Positions 29,670-39,765 of a stretch of DNA of 64,000 nt are shown here, in pieces. This stretch comes from Vulcanimicrobiota bacterium. GTDB taxonomy: Bacteria > Vulcanimicrobiota > Vulcanimicrobiia > Vulcanimicrobiales > Vulcanimicrobiaceae. Position numbers and translations under genes: made by a program. The notes under the pieces were generated by a model. It had not been told where the DNA came from and did no database searches. It was given only the letters and a program-made list of their open reading frames with translations. The stretch lies in NCBI GenBank assembly GCA_963714015.1, contig OY970223.1, forward strand, positions 19,094 through 83,093, in the 5' to 3' direction. How positions within the stretch are numbered: the stretch's first letter is position 1; each line of letters begins with the position of its first letter.

Positions 29670-31351
29670 GTCGTAGCGTAAGAGTCGAAGAGTTCGCGAT
29701 GACAGGTCACGGGCAGCGTCACGCTGATGTGACTGCCCAGACCAGGCACCCGTTCGACTTCGACATCGCGCGCGAGCATCGAAACCAAGTAAAGGCCCCG
29801 GCCGGACTCGGCCCACAGATCCTTGGGCAGCGCCGGCTTGTACGAGAAGCCCGGCCCCTTGTCGATGACGTGCAGCATCGCATCCGTTCCGCGAAGCTGC
29901 AGTGATACGCTCAGCGGCCCGGGAGCGTGCCGCACGGCGTTCCCGATCAATTCGGCGAAGATGACGCCGCAAATCGACATCGTCTCTGCGTCGATCGGAC
30001 AAAACTGACGCAGGCGCGTAAAGAACTCGTCGCGCAGGGTATACGCGGCCCTCGCATCCGCCGCTTCGAATTGCCAGCGCATCTGCGCGCGCTTGAAATT
30101 GAAGACGATGATTGCGATATCGTCGCGCGGCGCCTCGTAGGCGATCGCGCGTTCGATGAACTCGGCCGGATTCACCGAGTAGAGTACGGCCTCCGAAGCC
30201 AGCACCCGCTCGAGCATCGCCTCTCCGGCAACCACGTCCCGAGTGATTTCGATGACGCCGTCCGTGTACAGGACCAGCATGCTCTCGTCGAGGAATGTTT
30301 CGGAATGCTCCTCGAACTGAGCGTCGCGGAACGCGCCAAGGGGCGGTGAAGGTGCTTCCAGTTTGCGCACGCGCCCGCCCGGCAGCCGAAACATGGGCGG
30401 TGCATGGCCAGCGGAAACGTACCGAAGGCAACGCGTCCGCGGATCCAATATGCCGATGAAAGCGCTCGCCAGCCGTTCGCCGTGCTCGTTCAGCAGCAGC
30501 CGATTGCAGACGTCGGCAATCTTCCGCGGATCGCGCGCGTCGAGCGCCGCGACGCGGATCGCTTGACGCATCAATACCATCAAACGCGCAGCCTCGACGC
30601 CCTTACCGGTGACGTCGCCGATCGTGAGGACGATCTCGCCGGCATCGTTCTCGAAAGCGTCGTACCAGTCGCCGCCGATGTCCGCCTCGGTGGAACCGGG
30701 ACGATAATGCGCGCTGATTTCAATCCCCTCGCAGACCGGAAAGCGCCGCGGCAAAAACGAGCGCTGCAGCGTTTCAGCGACGTACTGCTCGCGATGAAAC
30801 TGCTTGGCATTGGCTACCGCCAATCCGGCGCGGCGTCCGAGTTCGAGCGCGAAAAGCAGGTCCGCTTGATCGAACTCGCGGTTTGAGCTGGTGCGGACGA
30901 ACGTCAGCGCACCGAAGATGTGATTTTGCGCGACAACGGGCACGACGATCTTCGAGCGATATCCGAAGCGGCGCATGTACTGTTCGTGCTGCCGGCTTGC
31001 GGCATGTGCTGCGATCGCCTCTTCGTCGATGTGTGGAAGGAAAAAGGGCCGGCCCGTGCGTGTCACCTGCACGACGGGATGGACGCCGAACTCTTCGACG
31101 TAGAGGATCGTTGATACCGTCGCAAGCGCTTCTTCTTTGCGCGGATCGCGATGCGCCGAAGCGGTCACGAAGAGACGCTCGGATCGCTCGTCGATAAGGT
31201 CGAAAAGACAGATCTCGGCGAATGTTTCGACGGCGAGGCGCGCGACGTTGTCTAAAGTGGCGGTAACGTCAAGAGACCGGTGAAAAATCTCACCGGACCT
31301 TACGAGAAGATCGAGCCGCTCTTGATCGCGGTTCTCGACGACAGTCGCCAA
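29666..31351 (-). CDS. GAF - PP2C (SpoIIE-type) phosphatase - HATPase_c (RsbW-like) fusion protein
   Basis: Preferred start is TTG at 31351 behind GGGAGGA (the ORF extends to 31540). GAF-like N-terminus, PP2C motifs (GGDWYD, GDVTGKG, LYTDGV) and a C-terminal anti-sigma-kinase-like ATPase (AELIGNAVRHA...GRGL). Confidence 0.75.
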   Translation of the reverse strand: MATVVENRDQERLDLLVRSGEIFHRSLDVTATLDNVARLAVETFAEICLFDLIDERSERLFVTASAHRDPRKEEALATVSTILYVEEFGVHPVVQVTRTGRPFFLPHIDEEAIAAHAASRQHEQYMRRFGYRSKIVVPVVAQNHIFGALTFVRTSSNREFDQADLLFALELGRRAGLAVANAKQFHREQYVAETLQRSFLPRRFPVCEGIEISAHYRPGSTEADIGGDWYDAFENDAGEIVLTIGDVTGKGVEAARLMVLMRQAIRVAALDARDPRKIADVCNRLLLNEHGERLASAFIGILDPRTRCLRYVSAGHAPPMFRLPGGRVRKLEAPSPPLGAFRDAQFEEHSETFLDESMLVLYTDGVIEITRDVVAGEAMLERVLASEAVLYSVNPAEFIERAIAYEAPRDDIAIIVFNFKRAQMRWQFEAADARAAYTLRDEFFTRLRQFCPIDAETMSICGVIFAELIGNAVRHAPGPLSVSLQLRGTDAMLHVIDKGPGFSYKPALPKDLWAESGRGLYLVSMLARDVEVERVPGLGSHISVTLPVTCHRELFDSYATT

Positions 31352-31412
31352 ACCAGGTCCTCCCGGCTTGCTATTCCCAGCGCCGAAGGAAGTTACACGT
31401 GCGAGGACTGTA

Positions 31413-32870
31413 TTGAACGATACCGGCTCAATAGGAGGCCTTGACGTAGCACATCTGCTCGCCACCCTTCGCATCGACCCGGCAAGGCGAGGGATAGTCG
31501 CCGTCGCCGGTATCGCCGTGTGCTTCGCGGCGGTGCTCACCTGGCTGGGCTTGTGGCGATATGCGATTTACCGTGCCGGCGTCGACACCGGCATTTTTAC
31601 CCAAGTCGTCCTCTCGCTCGGATCGTGCTTTTGTGCCACGGCTGAAGGCGGCGTGAATCACCTGCGCGTGCACTGGTCGCCGATTATCGGCGTTGCATAC
31701 CCTTTCGCGAAGTTTCTGGGCGGCGCTCCGGGTCTTATCGTCGTTCAAGCGGGCGCGATTGGCGCTACCGCGTTCCCGCTCTATTTTCTCGCGCGTTTGT
31801 ATTGCGGCTCGCTGATGTCCGCGGCGTTGACGTGCCTTGCGATGCTGTACCCTGTGCTGTGTGCTCAGGCGTTCACGGATTTTCATGAAAATGCGTTCGT
31901 GCCCGCGCTGAGCGCTATGCTTGCGCTCGCGGTCGCCGCGCATCGTTGGCGACTCCGTGCGATCGCCGTAATAGCGCTGCTGCTGGTCAAAGAGGATCAG
32001 TTTGTGCAGCTGGCGGGCGTCGGAGCAATCATTGCGCTGATGGGCCGGCGCGATTCAAAGCAGCGCACTTTCGGTGCGTGGGTTTTCGTGGCGGCGATTG
32101 CCTGTGGATTTGTGTATTTTGGATTCGTGCGGCAAGCCCTTGGGGCGGCAACCCCCTATGGACCGCTGCGCTGGTACCTGTGGAATCCGAGTTTAAGCGG
32201 CATGGCCGGTTTCTACGGAATCACATTGCCCGCACGAGTTTACTACCTCTTTTGGGCGCTGTTGCCGCTGCTGTTTCTGCCGCTCGGCTCGCGGCTGTTT
32301 TTGCTTGCGATTCCAGGTTTATTGGAAGTCCTGCTCTCGCACGAGCACATCACGATGGCGTACGATACGCATTACTCCATGATTTGGTCGGGGTACGTTC
32401 TTGCAGCGTTTACAGCGACGGCCGCGCGGATCGTTGCGGCGCGTCCAGTCGCGGGCGGCCTCACTTCTGTATGCGTTGCGGCGGCATGCGTCGGCGTGCT
32501 CGCCTTTCGCGATCCGATGTCGCGCTGGTATTACCTCTACCGGACACCCGATGCGAACGATGCTTTGCTTGGGCGTATAAGCGCTTCCATTCCGCCGGCT
32601 TCGGCGATTGGCGGAACCGACGTCATTTACGCGCACTTGGCCACGCGGCCGAATGCGATGCCCAGTTTGCGCAGCGACTTTGTCGCCGATTATTACATCG
32701 CCGATCCTGCGCTCGGAGATCCGACCTGGGACGATCGCGACAAAGGGCTGCTCCAGGCCGCCGTACGCAAGGGAACGTATCGAATCTTAATGCGACGCGG
32801 AGGAGTCATTTTGGCACAGAAGGCCATTCACGATGCACCCTTCCGGCAGAAACATCGGAATGCCGGCTGA
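31413..32870 (+). CDS. polytopic membrane protein, DUF2079-like (paralog of 2158..3627)
   Basis: ORF 31368..32870. TTG at 31413 behind GAGGA is preferred. See the shared blocks listed for the first copy. Confidence 0.65.
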   Translation: MNDTGSIGGLDVAHLLATLRIDPARRGIVAVAGIAVCFAAVLTWLGLWRYAIYRAGVDTGIFTQVVLSLGSCFCATAEGGVNHLRVHWSPIIGVAYPFAKFLGGAPGLIVVQAGAIGATAFPLYFLARLYCGSLMSAALTCLAMLYPVLCAQAFTDFHENAFVPALSAMLALAVAAHRWRLRAIAVIALLLVKEDQFVQLAGVGAIIALMGRRDSKQRTFGAWVFVAAIACGFVYFGFVRQALGAATPYGPLRWYLWNPSLSGMAGFYGITLPARVYYLFWALLPLLFLPLGSRLFLLAIPGLLEVLLSHEHITMAYDTHYSMIWSGYVLAAFTATAARIVAARPVAGGLTSVCVAAACVGVLAFRDPMSRWYYLYRTPDANDALLGRISASIPPASAIGGTDVIYAHLATRPNAMPSLRSDFVADYYIADPALGDPTWDDRDKGLLQAAVRKGTYRILMRRGGVILAQKAIHDAPFRQKHRNAG

Positions 32871-32980
32871 AACGGCCCAGAATGGCAGTTTGGTCGCGCC
32901 TTCTTCGTAGGGGCGCGCTCGCTTTGGCCTAAGGTTGCCTCTTTAGATCTTTGCAACGTTTGGAAAGGGGACTTCATCCA

Positions 32981-34007
32981 ATGGTTCGCGGTTTACGTAG
33001 AGCGGGGGCAGGGTTACTCGGCCTAGGGTTTTTGATGACGGCGTGCAGCGGCGGCGGAGGAAGCAGTTCGTCGCAGATTCTTCCGCAGCGCGTTGCGCAA
33101 AGGAGTGCAGCGGTGAGTTCACTTCAAGACGAAGTGAACGCCGCAAACGGATTTCCGTCGGTTTCGCTGCATGCCGCTCTGGGGTTGCGCATGGGCGAAA
33201 ACAATGCGGCCGGCGGAGCGGCCCCGGCGTCCAATCTGATCTATTCGGGCGATTTCAACAACAACGACATCACATATTTTTCGGCTAAGGGGATCAATCC
33301 GCCGCCGCTCGGACAGATCACCAACGGTCTGGACAATCCCGAACGGCTTTTCGTGGACAAAAAACTGAACGTGTACGCAACGAATCTCGGAAATTCGACG
33401 ATCGTCAAATACGGTCCCGAGGGACCGTCGCCGAAGTTGACCATATCCAACGGCGTGAGCAATCCGACGGGATTAACGGTCAATGCCAACGGTACCATCT
33501 TTTGCGCCAACGTCGGAAACGACACCATTACGGAATATCCCGAAGGCAAAACCTCGCCTTCCATAACGATCAACTTGGGCTCTAATGCAGCGGAGTATCT
33601 TTCGATCGGCCCCAAGGGCGATCTGTTTGCCTCGCTCTTGGGCGGAAACGTCATGCGGTTCAAGCCGGGATCCAAGCAGGGAACGTTACTGAACCTGCAA
33701 GTCGGCAGCGCGGGCGCCATCGAACTGGACAAGGCCGGAAACATTCTGCTGATCGATGCGAATGCATCGACGCTCGACATCTTTCCGCCGGGCCAAAAGA
33801 AGCCTTCCAAGACGTTCCCGATCGGCGGATTCCCGTTCTCGCTTGCAATGAACGGCGCGGAGACGGAACTTTACGTCAGCGAAATCGTTGGAAGCAGACT
33901 GGGTAATCCAGCAGCTCGCGTATCCGAACGGCAAAGCGTTCACGAACAAAATGACATCCAACGTGAACGGCTGGCCGATTGCCGCAAGCCCGGATAACGT
34001 GCTGTAA
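32981..34007 (+). CDS. NHL/beta-propeller repeat lipoprotein, 3' end shifted by a 1-nt insertion (a33898)
   Basis: MVRGLRRAGAGLLGLGFLMTAC lipobox. Repeats of the NP.G..V...G.I....N type. Removing a33898 gives ...EIVGSSWVIQQLAYPNGKAFTNKMTSNVNGWPIAASPDNVL* with the stop at 34005-34007. Confidence 0.7.
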
Positions 34008-34008
34008 C

Positions 34009-36132
34009 CTACGTCCCCTTCTGACCGCCTGCGTAAAAGATCACTTTGAAGATTGCTTGCGGCACGGTGACGAGCGTATTCGGATCGCCGTACGCAAGAT
34101 AGAACTCTTCATTGTCGAGACGCAAGTGGTAGGCAATTGAAATGTTGGAACAGACACCTTCGCAATTGCCGCCGCCGTTGGGCTGGGGCGGGAACCCGAT
34201 GACCCGCCTCAGACCCACTGCGAAAGACGAATTAGCGCTGACCTGATACGCGTACGAAGCGCCGTCGAACCATTGGACGTTCGGCGCCGCATCGGGAAAG
34301 TATTGCGCCGTATTGTCCACCGTCAGCGTCACGAACCCGCGATCTCCCAGACGTATCGTCGAATTGCGAAACCACGAATCCAAACGGCCTTCGCCGTACC
34401 GTCCGGTATTGAACGAAATCGACGTCGGCGTAGCCGAGGACCCGTGCGTCGGGAAGTTGTTGATGTTGTTCTGCATTCCGCTGTGGTAGGTCAGGGAGAA
34501 TCCGGCGTTCTGCGAGATCGGTGTGAGCACGCCGTCAAAGGGTGACCCGGGCACAATGCCGGAGCCCGGAAGGCGCGAGCTGAACAGCCAGTAATTCGAA
34601 CCGGTAGAGGCCTGGAAATCGAGCGTGCTCTTCGTGAGCAGATCGAGCAGCGCGAAGTTGTCGCTCTGCCCAAAGCCTCCGGGAATGCCGTTGTACGTCG
34701 TGCTCTTGTAGCGATCGACCACGCCGTCAACGCCTACCGACGAAAAGAAGTCGTTGGGCGAGAACGTCCAAATGCGGGCCGAGTAAACGGCGTAGCCCGC
34801 TATTCCCGGATGTGAATCGAAACCGTCGACCGGGTCGAACAGCGCGCCCATCTTGCGCATCGATCCGAATAATGCGAAATGCTGGTTTCCCCAGCCGCCG
34901 CCGGTGTCGATCCACCCTGCTTGGGAGCTGTCGGTGACGAGCGTGCCCGACTCACGCGCATAGTTCAGATAAGCCGAAAGATACTTGCCGTTGTTCCAGC
35001 TTATGCCCGCTTGATTCGTGTCGTCTACGAGACCCGGTATGTCGGCGCTGACGTGCTGAAACGCGCCGTTCCAGCGATTGTCGCTGGACGTGTAATCGAA
35101 CGCGCTCGCGTTGTCGTCGCGCCCGTCGCCGATTGCATCGAATGTGGCGAACCCGAAATTACCTTGACGTCCTTCGAATGCGTAGCCTTCGCGCGGCGTC
35201 GGAATTGCGGGCGTGTACAACGTGGTTCGAAAGCCGTTACAGACGTTGCAGTTGAAGTTTCCGTAGTAGGCATTCGCCTGCGTGAAGAAGGGGCGAACTT
35301 CGCTGAAGATCCGTTGATAAACGGTCGGCGAAATCGATTGCTGATCCAGTTCGACGTTCGAATAGTCCGGATGGAGCGTACCGAAGAACGCCGCAGTTTG
35401 AGTCACCGGTATCGAGAAATCGAGTCCCGTGCGCGAGGTAGATCCGCCAACGGATGGCGCGGCGGCGCGGCCCAGCCCGTAGACGCCGACGCGAGGTTTC
35501 GGAAGCGGCGGACGCGCCACCAGCGGGACCTTTACGGTCGCCGCTCGCGCGGCATCGTCGGGATTCGTTTGCGCGCCGTCGTAGGACCAGACGTTCAGTT
35601 CTCCAGTCGATCGCACGTAGCGGACGAACTGCATGCGCCAAGTCCCGGCGTGAGCGCCATGAACGACCGCAAGCGGGATCGCCATCGTCACGGTGTATCC
35701 CCCGGCGCCGATACTGCCGCGCGACTGCCATTGCGGAGCAAAATCGGAATTTTCGGAGGAGGCTTCATTGTGCGCGCCTATTGGGTTGGACTCGAACTCG
35801 TATTGAAAGCCGCCCGGGCCGGTCGGCCAGAGATCGACCCAAACAGCATCGTCCGGCCAAGCGATGCCGCCGTTGGTGTTACTGCCGCCGGCAACTAAGT
35901 CGTTGCTATGCTGAGACGCAATCACGGGCTCCCGCTGAACGGCATCGAATCGGACGTAGAGATACTTGCCGTCCGTCTCGACGTGAACAGTCGTGGAGTC
36001 CGTTGCCGGATGGCCGTGGGCCACGTCCCAGCTGAGCGCCACCGGCGTATTCTGCCCCCAGCCGGCTGCTGTTGCCCCCGTCGAAAGGGACGGGGCGCTC
36101 TGGACGACGGGGACGGTCATCGAAGCCAGCAT
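34009..36132 (-). CDS. large secreted beta-rich protein, CBM9/DOMON-like N-terminal domain (DUF5916-like)
   Basis: 707 aa. N-terminal WDVAHGHPATDSTTVHVETDGKYLYVRFDAVQREP is reminiscent of CBM9-type domains. The remainder is Gly/Asn/Tyr-rich beta structure. The family call is tentative. Confidence 0.4.
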   Translation of the reverse strand: MLASMTVPVVQSAPSLSTGATAAGWGQNTPVALSWDVAHGHPATDSTTVHVETDGKYLYVRFDAVQREPVIASQHSNDLVAGGSNTNGGIAWPDDAVWVDLWPTGPGGFQYEFESNPIGAHNEASSENSDFAPQWQSRGSIGAGGYTVTMAIPLAVVHGAHAGTWRMQFVRYVRSTGELNVWSYDGAQTNPDDAARAATVKVPLVARPPLPKPRVGVYGLGRAAAPSVGGSTSRTGLDFSIPVTQTAAFFGTLHPDYSNVELDQQSISPTVYQRIFSEVRPFFTQANAYYGNFNCNVCNGFRTTLYTPAIPTPREGYAFEGRQGNFGFATFDAIGDGRDDNASAFDYTSSDNRWNGAFQHVSADIPGLVDDTNQAGISWNNGKYLSAYLNYARESGTLVTDSSQAGWIDTGGGWGNQHFALFGSMRKMGALFDPVDGFDSHPGIAGYAVYSARIWTFSPNDFFSSVGVDGVVDRYKSTTYNGIPGGFGQSDNFALLDLLTKSTLDFQASTGSNYWLFSSRLPGSGIVPGSPFDGVLTPISQNAGFSLTYHSGMQNNINNFPTHGSSATPTSISFNTGRYGEGRLDSWFRNSTIRLGDRGFVTLTVDNTAQYFPDAAPNVQWFDGASYAYQVSANSSFAVGLRRVIGFPPQPNGGGNCEGVCSNISIAYHLRLDNEEFYLAYGDPNTLVTVPQAIFKVIFYAGGQKGT

Positions 36133-36244
36133 CGAGGGCGTTCTCCTAATTCATTAATCCTAATTCTTTAAGAGATACTAGCAGCCGCACACTTTTGTGT
36201 CAACTATAATATTAGTTTTTGTTCCCGCGTCGAAAGACCGACCC

Positions 36245-38380
36245 ATGCGTCTCTCACTTCTGCTCCTGGCCACGCTTCTGATCGCCCCTGTCGGCGCCAC
36301 GCCGGTTCCCCCCGAAGCCGCTAACGTCACAATTGCGCGGGACGACTGGGGCATCGCGCACGTGCACGGAAAGACCGACGCGGACGCGGTGTTCGGGATG
36401 ATTTACGCGCAAGCCGAGGACGACTTCAACCGGGTGGAGGTCAATTATCTAACCGCTCTCGGCCGCACGGCGGAAGCGGACGGCGAAACCGCTATCTATC
36501 AAGATCTGCGGCAATGTTTATGGGTCGACGATGCGGATCTGCAGGCTCGCTACCGGCGCAGCCCGCAGTGGCTCCGGCAATTGATGGATGCCTGGGCGGA
36601 CGGCCTCAACTATTACCTTCAAACGCATCCGCAAGTGCATCCTCGAGTTCTCACTCATTTTGAACCGTGGATGGCGCTGAGCTTCACCGAAGGCAGCATC
36701 GGCGGCGACGTCGAGCGCGTCTCGCTGCCCGAGTTGCAGGCATTCTACGGCGGTGGTTCGGTTTCGATGCGAGCACCGTCCGAAGATCCGCGCGCGCCTA
36801 TTCCGGATCCGCAAGGGTCGAACGGTATCGCGATCGCGCCGAAGAACACCGTCGATCGCAATGCGTTGCTGTTGATCAACCCGCACACGTCATTCTATTT
36901 CCGCTCCGAATTGCAGATGTCGAGCGATGAGGGGCTGGATGCGTACGGCGCGGCGACGTGGGGGCAGTTCTTCATCTATCAAGGATTCAATCCGCACATC
37001 GGCTGGATGCACACGTCGACGGGCGCGGACAACGTCGATCAATTTGCCGAAACGATAGTCCGCAAGGATGGGCGCCTATATTACCGGTACGGGAATGCGC
37101 TGCGTCCCGTCACCGTCTCGACCGTTTCGATTAGGTACCGCACGACGGCGGGCGGATTGGCAACTCGAACCTTCACGGTCTACCATACGCACCACGGACC
37201 GATCGTACGGTCCGAAAACGGAAAGTGGATCGCCGAAGCGCTGATGTATCGGCCGATTCGCGCCCTCGAACAATCCTATCTGCGCACGAAGGCATCCGAC
37301 TTTGCGTCGTATCGCAAAATCGCCGAGCTGGAGGCGAATTCGTCCAACAACACGATCTTCGCCGACGACAAAGGCGAAATCGCGTACATGCATCCGCAAT
37401 TCATGCCGCGCCGCGACGATCGCTTCGATTATACCAAGCCGGTGGACGGGTCCGACCCCGCAACCGACTGGCACGGCATTTTGCCGCTGGATCGAGATCC
37501 CCACGTTCTCAATCCCGCTGTGGGGTGGATCTTCAACTCGAACGATTGGCCGTATTCCGCTGCCGGCCCCGACAGCCCGAAGCGCCGGGATTTTCCGCGC
37601 TACATGGACACCGCAGGTGAAAACGAACGCGGAATCCACGAGACGTTGCTGCTTGGAGGCCGCCATGACTTCACGCTGGAGCGTTTACGGCAAACGGCGT
37701 TCGATCCGAACCTGCCTTTCTTCGCCACGCTCGTTCCAACGCTCGTGCACGCCTATGACAGTGACCCCGCGAACGATCCGCTCAAGTCCAAACTGCGCGA
37801 TCCGATCGACATTCTGCGGACGTGGAATGACCGGTGGTCGGCGGATTCCGTTGCAACGTCGCTCGCAATTTTTTGGGCCGACCACCTCGCTAGAACGAAC
37901 CGCAGCGTAAAGCGTCAAGTTCTGCTCGCTGCGCCGGCTAGCGAGAAACTCGAAAGCTTGGCATATGCGGTCGATCGCTTGGACGCGGACTTCGGAACTT
38001 GGCGAACCCCCTGGGGGCAGATCAACCGCTTCCAACGCCTGGACGACAATATCGAAGGCGACTTCGACGACGGCAAACCCAGCATTCCCGTTCCCTTCGT
38101 TGCCGGAACCTGGGGTTCGCTCGCCGCGTTTTACGCCGATCCGGCGCCAAACACCAAGCGTTGGTACGGCGATGCCGGCAACAGTTTCGTCGCCATCGTA
38201 GAGTTCGGCAAACGAGTTCGGGCGATAGCGGTGACTGCAGGCGGCGAAAGCGGCGATCCGCATTCCCCCCACTTTGACGACGAAGCCCTGCGCTACGCCA
38301 CCGGAAATCTGCGGCCGGTGTACTTCTATCCCGGCGATCTCGTCGGCCATACGGAACGCACGTATCATCCCGGGACGTGA
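36245..38380 (+). CDS. penicillin-acylase-family Ntn hydrolase (possible acyl-homoserine-lactone acylase)
   Basis: Signal peptide MRLSLLLLATLLIAPVGA. The internal GSNGIAIAP fits the autoproteolytic Ser nucleophile site. About 710 aa. Confidence 0.75.
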   Translation: MRLSLLLLATLLIAPVGATPVPPEAANVTIARDDWGIAHVHGKTDADAVFGMIYAQAEDDFNRVEVNYLTALGRTAEADGETAIYQDLRQCLWVDDADLQARYRRSPQWLRQLMDAWADGLNYYLQTHPQVHPRVLTHFEPWMALSFTEGSIGGDVERVSLPELQAFYGGGSVSMRAPSEDPRAPIPDPQGSNGIAIAPKNTVDRNALLLINPHTSFYFRSELQMSSDEGLDAYGAATWGQFFIYQGFNPHIGWMHTSTGADNVDQFAETIVRKDGRLYYRYGNALRPVTVSTVSIRYRTTAGGLATRTFTVYHTHHGPIVRSENGKWIAEALMYRPIRALEQSYLRTKASDFASYRKIAELEANSSNNTIFADDKGEIAYMHPQFMPRRDDRFDYTKPVDGSDPATDWHGILPLDRDPHVLNPAVGWIFNSNDWPYSAAGPDSPKRRDFPRYMDTAGENERGIHETLLLGGRHDFTLERLRQTAFDPNLPFFATLVPTLVHAYDSDPANDPLKSKLRDPIDILRTWNDRWSADSVATSLAIFWADHLARTNRSVKRQVLLAAPASEKLESLAYAVDRLDADFGTWRTPWGQINRFQRLDDNIEGDFDDGKPSIPVPFVAGTWGSLAAFYADPAPNTKRWYGDAGNSFVAIVEFGKRVRAIAVTAGGESGDPHSPHFDDEALRYATGNLRPVYFYPGDLVGHTERTYHPGT

Positions 38381-38553
38381 TCGACCGGCACCGTCGGACC
38401 AACGAACCGTAAAGGTCCGGTTCCGCCGGCAGGTACTGCGCACGTGCCGCGGCCAAACCGCATTGACGCGCGGCCGTCCGTGTGTCGTTTTGGTGGCCAG
38501 GGCGCTCAGCTTGCGTCCAGGTACGGCCGGTAGTCTTAGCACGGGAAAATCGC

Positions 38554-39765
38554 TTGTACGAATCACTGACTCGCTCGTTCGTTTGCCATTCGTGGCGAGG
38601 CGTCCATCGCGTTTGCGTTGCCGCCGCTTCGCTCGCCGCATTCGCGGCCTGCAGCCATCCTAGTCATGAGACAGCCCCCGCACCCTATGTTGCAACGGCG
38701 ATCGCCTCTTATGGAACGATCCGCGCGGGCTCGCAGCTTGCGGGCATCATCGCGCCCTACGAGAACGTCGCCATCCAAACGACGCTCGTCGAACCCGCGG
38801 ACGCGGTGTACGTTCAAGAGGGCGATCGGGTCTACCGCGGCGAGGTGCTGGCTCGTCTCGATACGGCGGATCTTCAGGCGCAGCTCAACTCCGACGTCGC
38901 GAGCGAGCACCACACCTACGCTCAAGGTGACCTAACGATATCGCAAGGATCCGATGCGCTGCGACAGGCCGAAACGACCCTTCGCGCCGATCGTTTGAAT
39001 TTGCAGCGCGATCAAATGCTGCTGCGCCAAGGCTATATCGCCCAGCAGGCGTTCGACGCACAGATGGAAACGGTGCGCAACGACGAGCAGACCGTGGCCG
39101 CCGATCAGGCGACCGTACAACAAAACGGGTCGATCGGCGGTTCCGGCCTGGCCGCATCCGCTGTCGCTCAGGCAGAGGCGCAAGCCGACCAGGTCCGCGT
39201 TCAAATCGCAAAGGCGACCATCGTTTCGCCGATCGACGGCGTCGTGGTGAACCGCAACTTGAACCCCGGCGAATATCCCGGCAACCGGCAGCTTTTTACG
39301 CTCCAGCAGGTCGATCCGATCTATGCAGTAGTTCACGGCTCGGGTGCCGAGGTCGCGGCAATTGCGAAGCGTTCTTCGGCGACAGTCACACTTTCAGATC
39401 TGAACGAACGCACCGCGGGAACAGTAGTCGGCGTGCTCAATCAGATCGTGCCCGGGTCCACGGATTTCATGGTAAAGATTCTGCTGCAGAATCCGCAAAA
39501 CAGAATCAGGCCCGGCATGGCGGTCCAAGCCACCGTCGCGCTGCCGGCGCTGCACGGGGTCCGCGTTCCCCTCACCGCATTTACGGACGAAAACCACTCG
39601 CAAATCATGGCCGTCAGCCCGCGAGACGTTGTTCGCGTGCGGCAAGTAACCGAGATCGGTGACGACGGAACGACCGCCGTCGTCACCGGAGTGGCCCCGG
39701 GGACGCGGATCGTTACCAACGGTATGGCGAGCGTGGGTAACGGCGAAAAAGTCTCACTGCAGTGA
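38554..39765 (+). CDS. RND efflux periplasmic adaptor subunit
   Basis: ORF 38482..39765, start uncertain (TTG at 38554 proposed). Lipobox-like AAFAAC. The HlyD-type motif GEVLARLDTADLQAQL is present. Overlaps the RND gene start by 4 nt. Confidence 0.8.
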   Translation: MYESLTRSFVCHSWRGVHRVCVAAASLAAFAACSHPSHETAPAPYVATAIASYGTIRAGSQLAGIIAPYENVAIQTTLVEPADAVYVQEGDRVYRGEVLARLDTADLQAQLNSDVASEHHTYAQGDLTISQGSDALRQAETTLRADRLNLQRDQMLLRQGYIAQQAFDAQMETVRNDEQTVAADQATVQQNGSIGGSGLAASAVAQAEAQADQVRVQIAKATIVSPIDGVVVNRNLNPGEYPGNRQLFTLQQVDPIYAVVHGSGAEVAAIAKRSSATVTLSDLNERTAGTVVGVLNQIVPGSTDFMVKILLQNPQNRIRPGMAVQATVALPALHGVRVPLTAFTDENHSQIMAVSPRDVVRVRQVTEIGDDGTTAVVTGVAPGTRIVTNGMASVGNGEKVSLQ

